This document shows positions 1-6,922 of a DNA stretch of 36,581 bases, one piece after another. The DNA comes from Candidatus Saccharimonadia bacterium. Its GTDB lineage: Bacteria > Patescibacteriota > Saccharimonadia > UBA4664. The position numbers and the translations under genes are program-made. The notes beneath the pieces are model-generated. The model did no database searches. It was given only the letters and a program-made list of their open reading frames with translations, and was not told the origin of the DNA. The DNA lies in contig DATDME010000031.1 in the NCBI GenBank assembly GCA_036518915.1, positions 1-36,581 on the forward strand, read 5' to 3'. Each line of letters begins with the position of its first letter. Position 1 is the first letter of the stretch.

Positions 1-813
1 CCACACCAAATGCATCACCGGCTGGTCGTGCTTGTCCAGCTTGACCTTGCCGTCTTCCACGGTCTTCTCAAAGTGCGGGAAGCCGTCGGTCCACTCCACC
101 GGGTAGATGCGGCTGGAGCCAGGTAAGATGTTGCCCTGTTCACCGTTGAGGTCGAGGGTGGCCAGCTGGGTCTTGCCCCGCAGAATGAAGATGTTGCCAT
201 GGGGTACCACGTGGACATTCCCGGTGTTCTTGAGCTTGACACTGAAGGTAGCCGGCAGAAACTCGTAGACGTTGTGGTCACTCGCCAGGGAGGCCAAAGA
301 CACTTGGCGCTTGGCTCCGGCCACGTGGGCGTCAAGCAGCACGAGCACGGCGCTGCCACCGGCAATGCTGTTGGTGTTGCCGCTCTGGCGAGTGTCATCC
401 CCTTCCCGGGTGAACACCACGGCGTAGTAATAGCCAAAGGCCGCCGTCTTGGGCACGGTAATGGTCATGTGGACGGTTTGCCAGACGTTGTTGGGGGCGT
501 CAAACACCGTTTTGTCGAACTTGGCCCAGTCAAAGTAGTCATCCCCCGATTCCCGGTCAAGGAGGCGGGGCTTACCTTCGTCACCGAAGGCAGCGAACTT
601 CATGAGGGAGACCTTGAGGCGGACGGTTCCCCCACTGTTTTGTTTGACCTTAATGTCGGTGCTGACGGTTGAGCCCGGGTCGGTGGTGAGGTTAATCGGC
701 AGCGGTGAGGTTACCAGGTTGAGTGGTTTGGCGTCGGCGGCCACGGCCCAAGCCGACCCCGTCCCAAAAGACAGGGCAAGGCCCAGCAGTAATACCAAGA
801 GTCCACGTTTCAT
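1..813 (-). CDS. Secreted protein, C-terminus cut by window edge (271 codons visible); two beta-sandwich-like modules (DUF916/DUF3324-like layout, unverified)
   Basis: Not in the ORF track because no stop lies inside the window. Hand translation from ATG 811-813 stays open to nt 1: MKRGLLVLLLGLALSFGTGSAWA|VAADAKPLNLVTSPLPINLTTDPGSTVSTDIKVKQNSGG...FGYYYAVVFTREGD...KLKNTGNVHVVPHGNIFILRGK...ILPGSSRIYPVEW...HLVW. Clear signal peptide with AWA cleavage motif. Confidence 0.7.
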   Translation of the reverse strand, partial: MKRGLLVLLLGLALSFGTGSAWAVAADAKPLNLVTSPLPINLTTDPGSTVSTDIKVKQNSGGTVRLKVSLMKFAAFGDEGKPRLLDRESGDDYFDWAKFDKTVFDAPNNVWQTVHMTITVPKTAAFGYYYAVVFTREGDDTRQSGNTNSIAGGSAVLVLLDAHVAGAKRQVSLASLASDHNVYEFLPATFSVKLKNTGNVHVVPHGNIFILRGKTQLATLDLNGEQGNILPGSSRIYPVEWTDGFPHFEKTVEDGKVKLDKHDQPVMHLVW

Positions 814-849
814 GCAACCACTTCCGTTTTCAATACTGGCACATCCGGC

Positions 850-1911
850 CTAGAAATTGCCAGCACCTACGACCGTAATCGTGTCAGTGTAGTCGGAGCC
901 GGCCGGCGTAGCGCCGGAGATTGCCGCCCGCTCAATTAGGGTTATGACGTCACCATTGGCCGTCGCCGGCGAAGCACCCGTACAAGCGGCAATCGGCTGG
1001 AAGTTCGCGCTCAAGGTACCGCCGGCCGAGGTTGTTGTGCCGTTGTACTCCGCATCAATTGCTAAGGTACAGCCGCCCGCGGCGTCAGTTGTTAGATCGG
1101 TATCAAGCACGTAGCCTTCGGTACCAGAAGTGAGCGTAGAGGGCGCGCCATCAATCGTGCCGGCCGTCGGGATAGTATACGACGCACTCGTTGAACGCAA
1201 ACCTTGCTGCGTATCTTTCGCCCAAGCAATCCAACCGCCTTTGGCGTTCGTCGTCACCGTCACTGTCCGCCCAGCGGTCGATTTTATACTGGCCGGGTCA
1301 AGATTGCTCGAAAACGTATCAGTATTACCTGATAGTGTGAAGATAAAGGTCGGTGGAACCACCGCAGTTACTACGATCTGGTCATCGGTAATGTTAGACA
1401 AAGCGATATCAGAGTGGTCAAGCGTCGCGCTACCAGATGTTTGGGTTTCCACGGAAGCCTGCTGGCTGGTGGCTGCGCCAGCAGCCGTAGTCAGCGTGTT
1501 CGTGCCCGAGAAATTAAAGCAGTACAACGTGGTACTTGAAGTTAAGTCACCGGAGCCAAACGTCACCACGTTGGCCGGACTGGTCGCACTGCTAGCCGTT
1601 GCGATGCTCGGCCAGGCCGTCGAGCCGGCCGGCAAGTTGGTGGTTGATACCGTCCAGTTAGCGGCCGTGGTATTAACGGTGTAGGTTGACGGGAACGTAA
1701 TGATTACCTTAGCCACACCCGCCGAGGCCGTGCTCGGCTTGGCACAAATCGTGCCGCCGGTCGCGGTATTAATCTTCATGCGATCCAACCGAATGTAAGC
1801 CGACTTAAAGTCAGCCTGAGCACCCATTGGCACAAATTGGAGGAATGAGCTCAGCACTAGTCCGACAACGGGAATAACACGAGCAGCGGTCCGACTTTTC
1901 CAGATCTGCAT
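850..1911 (-). CDS. Secreted beta-rich surface protein, paralogue B (353 aa)
   Basis: Track ORF 850..1968. I place the start at ATG 1911 (MQIWKSRTAARVIPVVGLVLSSFLQFVPMGAQA signal peptide), preceded by GAGG and by a TTGCAT-N18-TACTAT promoter that overlaps the longer ORF's 5' end. Homologous over its full length to 2047..3111. Ends SDYTDTITVVGAGNF. Confidence 0.8.
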   Translation of the reverse strand: MQIWKSRTAARVIPVVGLVLSSFLQFVPMGAQADFKSAYIRLDRMKINTATGGTICAKPSTASAGVAKVIITFPSTYTVNTTAANWTVSTTNLPAGSTAWPSIATASSATSPANVVTFGSGDLTSSTTLYCFNFSGTNTLTTAAGAATSQQASVETQTSGSATLDHSDIALSNITDDQIVVTAVVPPTFIFTLSGNTDTFSSNLDPASIKSTAGRTVTVTTNAKGGWIAWAKDTQQGLRSTSASYTIPTAGTIDGAPSTLTSGTEGYVLDTDLTTDAAGGCTLAIDAEYNGTTTSAGGTLSANFQPIAACTGASPATANGDVITLIERAAISGATPAGSDYTDTITVVGAGNF

Positions 1912-1942
1912 GGATACCTCAATCACTCTACTAACTAGAGCT

Positions 1943-1972
1943 ATAGTACCCGAAAGCATAAGCAACATGCAA
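1943..1972 (-). promoter_or_regulatory. Putative sigma70-type promoter of paralogue B (TTGCAT-N18-TACTAT)
   Basis: Minus strand: -35 TTGCAT (1967-1972), 18-nt spacer, -10 TACTAT (1943-1948), about 30 nt upstream of ATG 1911. Confidence 0.4.
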
Positions 1973-2046
1973 GCAGTTTATGACTCGCCTGTTGCCCCAA
2001 GCTGGGGAAAACCGCTGATTGTCATCTGGTTATGTGACGCTTTGCT

Positions 2047-3111
2047 TTAGAAATTACCCGCTGCCACCACCGTGATTGTGTCAGTGTAGTCGGAACCGGC
2101 CGGCGTACCACCAGCGATGGACGCCCGCTCAATCAGGGTAATGACGTCGCCGTTGGAGGTGGCTGGAGCCGTGCCGGTGCAAGCCGCCACTGGCTGGAAG
2201 TTAGCACTTAAGGTACCGCCGGCCGAAGTTGTCGCGCCATTGTACTCCGCGTCAATTGCGACCGTGCAGCCGCCGGCCGCGTCAGTTGTCATGTCGGCGT
2301 CCAGGACGTAACCCTCAGAGTTGGTGGCCAGGGTACTCGGCGTGCCGTCGACCGTACCGGAAGTGGGAATGGTGTAGTTCGCCGAGGCCGAGAACAATCC
2401 TTGCTGACTATCCTTCGCCCAGGCAATCCATCCGCCTTTGGCGTTGGTCGTAATGGAGAACGTTCGGCCAGCCGTAGACTTAATGCTCGCTGGGTCAAGG
2501 TTCGACGGGAAGGTATCTGTATTACCCGACAGGGCAAAGACGAAGGTCGGCGGAACCACCGCGGACACCACAATCTGGTCATCGGTGATGAGCGCCACGG
2601 CATAGTTGGTTTCATCAATCACCGCCGCGCCGGCCGTGCGGGTGTGCATGAACCCAGTGAGCGAGTTACCCGCCGAACCATTAGTGAGCGTGTTCGTGCC
2701 GCTAAAGTTAAAACAGTACAGCGTACCCACCGTCAGGTCGTTTGAGGGGAACGTCACCGTGTGGCCGCTCACAGCCGTAGCGGTATTGATGCCCGGCCAA
2801 GCGGTCGAACCCGCCGGCAGGTTGGAGGTGGTAACCGTCCAGTTAGACGCCGTGCCGTTCACCACAAAGTCGGTACCAGTTTGCGTCGGGAAGGTGATTT
2901 GGAAATCCGCCTCGGTGGCCGTCGTCCGTGGTTGGGCGCAAATCGTCCCGCCGGTCGCGGTCAACTCTTTCATGCGGTCAAGCCGCAGGTACGATTGCGT
3001 AAACTGTGGTGGCGGGGCAGCCGAAACCGTCCCACTGAACATGGGCGCAAAAACCTCAGCCGACAGCGCAGCAATCGTAGCGATGGCAAGTTTTAGTTTT
3101 TGGTTCGACAT
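2047..3111 (-). CDS. Secreted beta-rich surface protein, paralogue A (354 aa)
   Basis: Signal-peptide-like N-terminus MSNQKLKLAIATIAALSAEVFAPMFSGTVSA. Conserved mature N-terminus SYLRLDRMK..TATGGTICA, and a C-terminal module nearly identical to paralogue B. Ends SDYTDTITVVAAGNF. Confidence 0.85.
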   Translation of the reverse strand: MSNQKLKLAIATIAALSAEVFAPMFSGTVSAAPPPQFTQSYLRLDRMKELTATGGTICAQPRTTATEADFQITFPTQTGTDFVVNGTASNWTVTTSNLPAGSTAWPGINTATAVSGHTVTFPSNDLTVGTLYCFNFSGTNTLTNGSAGNSLTGFMHTRTAGAAVIDETNYAVALITDDQIVVSAVVPPTFVFALSGNTDTFPSNLDPASIKSTAGRTFSITTNAKGGWIAWAKDSQQGLFSASANYTIPTSGTVDGTPSTLATNSEGYVLDADMTTDAAGGCTVAIDAEYNGATTSAGGTLSANFQPVAACTGTAPATSNGDVITLIERASIAGGTPAGSDYTDTITVVAAGNF

Positions 3112-3192
3112 TTTGTTTTGTTTCGTTTATGACAGCCCGGATTTTTTTTGGGCTGCCCAAGTATTTTGTGTGTTTTGAAATTACTTAAGCTT

Positions 3193-3222
3193 ACAGTACC
3201 TGATACGCTACACCGCTGTCAA
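3193..3222 (-). promoter_or_regulatory. Putative promoter of paralogue A (TTGACA-N18-TACTGT)
   Basis: Minus strand: -35 TTGACA (3217-3222), 18-nt spacer, -10 TACTGT (3193-3198), in the 140-nt gap between 3252..4307 and 2047..3111. Confidence 0.4.
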
Positions 3223-3251
3223 ACCCAAAGTTTTCCACACGCCAGATGAAC

Positions 3252-4307
3252 CTAAAACGCCCCGCTGGCCACCATGGTGATAGTCTCGGTGTAATCAGCT
3301 GAGGCTGGCGTCAGCGGTTTGGTTTTGGCTTTCAGCAACAGCGAGCCCCGGCCGGCCGTTACCGCCGCCGGCGTAGTGAAGATTTCGCGGATAACCGTAT
3401 CCACCACGCCCACGTTGGCACCGCTGCCGTCATACGGTGATACCAGCGCCAGCGGCCCGCCGCTCGTTTGCGTGGCGCTGGCGCCCTGGGCCCCAAAACC
3501 TTCCGTCAGCGCCGACAAATCACCGGTCACCGAGCCAATCGTGTACGTGCTAGACGCACTCGTCAGGCCGCTGTTATGGCCATTCAAGTAAACTGTGCCG
3601 CCATTTTCACCGTTGGTGTCCAGCGTCACCCAAATCTTAACCGGCGAATCAGTCACCGTGCTCACCGGCAGGCCTCCAAAATTCACAATGTATGGCGGAT
3701 TCGTACTGGTATCCGTCGCTGAGACGTCAATGTCAAACGTCAGCGTCGGATCGACCGTCGCCGCGGTGGCCACGGGCCCGTAGCCGCTCTCCGTGAACAC
3801 CCCGCGGTAGGCCTTAGCCTTCACCGAGTACACCGTACTGCGGTGCAGGCCCCGGATCAACTGGCCCGAGCCGCTGCCCCAGCCAGCGTAGGTTTGGTAA
3901 TCTGCGAACGTCAGGGTACTGCCAACGGTAAAATCGCTCTTAACATACTGAGTGGTGGTAAACCCGTCAGACGAAATCGCAATGGCAAACTTAGCGTCAG
4001 ACGGATTGTTTTGCGGATCCAACTGCACCAATAGCTTGTTGTACCAGTTAGCTGAGTTGGTCAAGGTTACAATTGGCACGTTAGCCTGTTTCTCATAGTT
4101 TTCCCCAGCCCCAGCCGCATAATGCGCCGACGTGCCCTTGCCCTGGAGCTCGCCCGCCGAGCCGTTGATCCGGTAATTCGTTGAGCCCGAATCGGCCGTG
4201 CCGCCCGACCCAAACCCGTACGAATTCAACTGGTAGGTACTACTCGCTGGCAAAGCCGCCAGCAGCAACCAAAATCCGACCGCGATTGTCCGCCACGTTT
4301 GCATCAT
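3252..4307 (-). CDS. Secreted protein: Gly/Ser-rich N-terminus, FN3-like module, then a C-terminal module related to paralogues A/B
   Basis: Signal peptide MMQTWRTIAVGFWLLLAALPASS. FN3-like stretch (PIVTLTNSANWYNKLLVQLDPQNNPSDAKFAIAISSDGF...GLHRSTVYSVKAKAYRGVFTESGYG). C-terminal part aligns by eye with A/B (PTLTFDI..., TEGFGAQ, ADYTETITMVASGAF). Its ATG overlaps the upstream stop (ATGA, 4304-4307). Confidence 0.8.
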   Translation of the reverse strand: MMQTWRTIAVGFWLLLAALPASSTYQLNSYGFGSGGTADSGSTNYRINGSAGELQGKGTSAHYAAGAGENYEKQANVPIVTLTNSANWYNKLLVQLDPQNNPSDAKFAIAISSDGFTTTQYVKSDFTVGSTLTFADYQTYAGWGSGSGQLIRGLHRSTVYSVKAKAYRGVFTESGYGPVATAATVDPTLTFDIDVSATDTSTNPPYIVNFGGLPVSTVTDSPVKIWVTLDTNGENGGTVYLNGHNSGLTSASSTYTIGSVTGDLSALTEGFGAQGASATQTSGGPLALVSPYDGSGANVGVVDTVIREIFTTPAAVTAGRGSLLLKAKTKPLTPASADYTETITMVASGAF

Positions 4308-5086
4308 TGCCTCCAGTGTATCGTGGGCAGAATGGTTTGTAGATAGCTCTCCAAATCATCCTTGCCTGGGTTATCCGTGGTCAGCGATACCGCAATTTCC
4401 CGGCCCTTGTGCGCCCAAAACAACGTGCGCTCAGATTTATCTGGCTTCACAAAGATCGTGGCCGCCTCACCCATGAGCGTCGTCTTGACGGGTGTGTATT
4501 TATCGGAACTAATACTGCGAAACTTAAAGCTTGAATCGTCATCAAGCAGATTTGAAGGCAGGGCGCTCACCTCAATCGCAATTTGCCGGCCATAACTGGT
4601 GCGGCTCGAGAGCACGTAGGCCTCGAGCGCGTGCACGCTGCCCTTTGACCGGCCCAGCTGGTCAAACACGCCGGGATATTTTAGCTCCACAAATTGCCCA
4701 CCCAGCGTATTCACCGCCGGCACCGGCGCATTTGACGCCTGCAGCTGGGCGAGCTTGAGGGTTTGGGCTGAGCTCACCGGTCCATCCACAAACTTCAAAC
4801 CCAAAATAATCAGGATGCCCAAAAGTACGCCCACCGTCATCATGGCCATGAGCCAGGCCACCCGGCCGCCCCACTTGGCGCCCCGCCGCTTAGGCCGGGC
4901 CTCGGCCGCGGGTTTGGCCTCGGCCGCCTCCGCCACCCCGGCCTCGGCCGCGGGCGGCGCCATCACCGCCGCGACCGACGCGTCGCCCTCAGCCGCTGAC
5001 ACCGTCTCACCATACAGCGCCGTAGCGTGCACGGGCGCCGGCGCCATCGACGGAGTCGCCCCTGGAGCTGACCAGCGCTCAATCAT
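4304..5086 (-). CDS. Single-pass membrane protein: Ala/Pro-rich cytoplasmic N-terminus, TM helix, ~170-aa ectodomain
   Basis: Track ORF 4304..5197. I choose ATG 5084-5086 (MIERWSAPG...), which overlaps the TGA of the upstream gene (TGATG). TM segment WLMAMMTVGVLLGILIILGL follows KRRGAKWGGR. Confidence 0.65.
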   Translation of the reverse strand: MIERWSAPGATPSMAPAPVHATALYGETVSAAEGDASVAAVMAPPAAEAGVAEAAEAKPAAEARPKRRGAKWGGRVAWLMAMMTVGVLLGILIILGLKFVDGPVSSAQTLKLAQLQASNAPVPAVNTLGGQFVELKYPGVFDQLGRSKGSVHALEAYVLSSRTSYGRQIAIEVSALPSNLLDDDSSFKFRSISSDKYTPVKTTLMGEAATIFVKPDKSERTLFWAHKGREIAVSLTTDNPGKDDLESYLQTILPTIHWRQ

Positions 5087-6060
5087 CAGGCCAACGCTTC
5101 CAGCTGCCGCTGCATAATTTTTTTCTCCCGGCGTCCACCGAGCCAGAACGATGCCACCATCAAGAGCACCACCACCCACAACGGCCACAGCAGCCACTGC
5201 GTAGTGATGCTGCTTGCCGCCGCCTTAGCCGGGTTCGTGTCCGCCTTGGCCGAATTTACAATGGTGGTCAGCTGCAAGTAAGCCGTGTGCCCCGCCGCGT
5301 CCGCCGCCCGAATAATCAAGGGGTACGACCCCAAATAGCCCGTACCGGATTTTTGGTAGGTGTGTTTGACCGTAAACGCTCCCGGCGCCACCCGCGTCTG
5401 CACATCGGTCGTGCCGTCGCCCCAATCCACGCTCACCGCGTACGGCGCCGAGCCACCCACCAGCTCAACCGGCCAAACAATCTCCTGACCCGGCTCGCTC
5501 CCGTGGTAATAACTTTCAGATTGTATGATCAGCTCCGATGAAAATCCCAACCCGCCCGGCGGCTGGTTCAACGTCACCGTCACCGTGGGAGAACTTGGCC
5601 CCACCTGATCGAGCGTGTTGTAGGGCAAAGCCGTCAGGTCATTTTTACCCACCACCAGGTCAACCGGGACAGAAAATTTCCCATCCGCCCCGCACAGCAC
5701 ACTGCCCACCAAAATGCCGTTGGAAAATATCTTCACTAAGCTTTTTGCCTGGCACGTCCCGCTAACCGTCACCGGGTTCGTCGCAAACGCTTGCCCGTTT
5801 GACGGCGAAAGAATGGTCGACGGTTTCGTGGGGCGCGGGCCTGGCACCACCGCCTTTACGGTATACGATCCGCTACAGCTCGGCGTACTCGGCACCCCGC
5901 AGTCGCTATCGGCTTTAGACGACCAGCTGACGCTAGCCAGTAAAATCCCCACTGCCAAGACCAAAAACGTCAGCAGTGCATACGACGTCTGGCGATGACT
6001 CACCAGCCGCCACGACAGCGAATGATGGCTATACCTCGGAAACACAAGCATTAATCCCAT
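5086..6060 (-). CDS. Bitopic membrane protein with Ig-like and PKD-type domains (N- and C-terminal TM helices)
   Basis: N-terminal TM YALLTFLVLAVGILLASVSW. Ig-like segment (ILSPSNGQAFATNPVTVSGTC...GKFSVPVDLVVGKNDLTA). PKD signature PYAVSVDWGDGTT...HTYQKSGTGY. C-terminal TM WLLWPLWVVVLLMVASFWL followed by GGRREKK. Confidence 0.75.
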   Translation of the reverse strand: MGLMLVFPRYSHHSLSWRLVSHRQTSYALLTFLVLAVGILLASVSWSSKADSDCGVPSTPSCSGSYTVKAVVPGPRPTKPSTILSPSNGQAFATNPVTVSGTCQAKSLVKIFSNGILVGSVLCGADGKFSVPVDLVVGKNDLTALPYNTLDQVGPSSPTVTVTLNQPPGGLGFSSELIIQSESYYHGSEPGQEIVWPVELVGGSAPYAVSVDWGDGTTDVQTRVAPGAFTVKHTYQKSGTGYLGSYPLIIRAADAAGHTAYLQLTTIVNSAKADTNPAKAAASSITTQWLLWPLWVVVLLMVASFWLGGRREKKIMQRQLEALA

Positions 6061-6070
6061 CTTAACATAA

Positions 6071-6097
6071 ACGGGTTCCGCCCGTCGCGGAACCCGT
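6071..6097 (-). terminator. Strong hairpin (11-bp perfect stem, 5-nt loop) after 6157..6741
   Basis: acgggttccgc/ccgtc/gcggaacccgt. On the minus strand it is followed by UUAUGUU. Sits 60 nt downstream of the stop at 6157. Confidence 0.55.
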
Positions 6098-6156
6098 CAG
6101 CCACACGTTAGACATACAGCCCGCACAAAACAAAACCTGCCTATTCGCGCCGTTGG

Positions 6157-6741
6157 TTACTGAGCAGACGCTGGCTCAGGCGAGGCCACCGGCGCAGCAT
6201 TCAGGCCCGTCATTGAACCCAGCGCCTCTAGGATAATTGGCGTCTCACGGTTAATAATCGTCATGCCAGCGTTCTGGTCGGCACAGTCATTCTGAGGAAA
6301 CTGATAAACAAAATCGTACTGGCCGACCGTCGCCACCACATTGGCGCCCAGCGTCACCTTACCCGATGGCACATAGGTGCCGGCCGGATACCGCGTGATA
6401 GTGCCCAGGGCGTTATTGCCAGCCTGGCACGCCGCGCCCAACTTTGCCAAATCGGCCGCCGAGAGGCCCACCACATCAGCCGACTGCATCGCGTAGCTCA
6501 CCAACGGCAGCTCGGCCGCCAACGGCAATGCCGCCTGCACACCCCAGCCGTTAATGGCCAGCAACTGGCTGCCGTTGTGCAGGTCCGTGGCCGGCGTGCC
6601 GTGCGACACTTGCTCCTCCGCCACCACTTTGTGCACGTGGTCCCAAACGTAACCAGTGACGGTCCCCAGCAGCGCTACGGCCACCGCGACACCAAAAACC
6701 GGCACTAAACCGCGTACTCCGCCGAGCACTTTCGTAATCAC
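6157..6741 (-). CDS. Membrane-anchored hypothetical protein (194 aa)
   Basis: Track ORF 6157..6870. AGGAGG lies 5 nt upstream of GTG 6739-6741, giving (M)ITKVLGGVRGLVPVFGVAVAVALLGTV (TM anchor). No recognisable family. Confidence 0.6.
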   Translation of the reverse strand: MITKVLGGVRGLVPVFGVAVAVALLGTVTGYVWDHVHKVVAEEQVSHGTPATDLHNGSQLLAINGWGVQAALPLAAELPLVSYAMQSADVVGLSAADLAKLGAACQAGNNALGTITRYPAGTYVPSGKVTLGANVVATVGQYDFVYQFPQNDCADQNAGMTIINRETPIILEALGSMTGLNAAPVASPEPASAQ

Positions 6742-6857
6742 CCGCACCTCCTGATGCAACTTTTTACACCACCGTGTTACATCAAGCTTATGCTTTGCCG
6801 GGGGGTTCGTCAATGTATAGTCCGCGCAAAACCAAACCCACCATTGCTCTTCGCTAG

Positions 6858-6886
6858 TTGTGCCGCCCAACCGTAAGCGCTATGAT
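6858..6886 (+). promoter_or_regulatory. Putative promoter of 6923..8047 (TTGTGC-N17-TATGAT)
   Basis: -35 at 6858-6863 and -10 at 6881-6886, in the divergent 181-nt intergenic region. Confidence 0.35.
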
Positions 6887-6922
6887 AAACCCAAGTATCA
6901 AGTGAGCGCGAGATAATCCGAC

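Noticed and set aside
1912-1968. N-terminal extensions of track ORFs (850..1968, 6157..6870, 4304..5197, 19605..20135, 23056..24414, 31873..33885, 20649..20942).
   Set aside because: The extensions lack signal or family features, overlap promoters or upstream genes, and better-supported internal starts exist (an SD, a leaderless -10 box, or stop/start overlap).
850-4307. The C-terminal ...G-[NA]-F ending of the three paralogues considered as an outer-membrane beta-barrel (BAM) signal or a chaperone-usher/SCPU pilin terminus.
   Set aside because: The alternating-hydrophobic pattern of an OMP beta-signal is not met (Gly/Asn at key positions). No usher, chaperone, BamA or other diderm genes are present, and the gene context looks monoderm.
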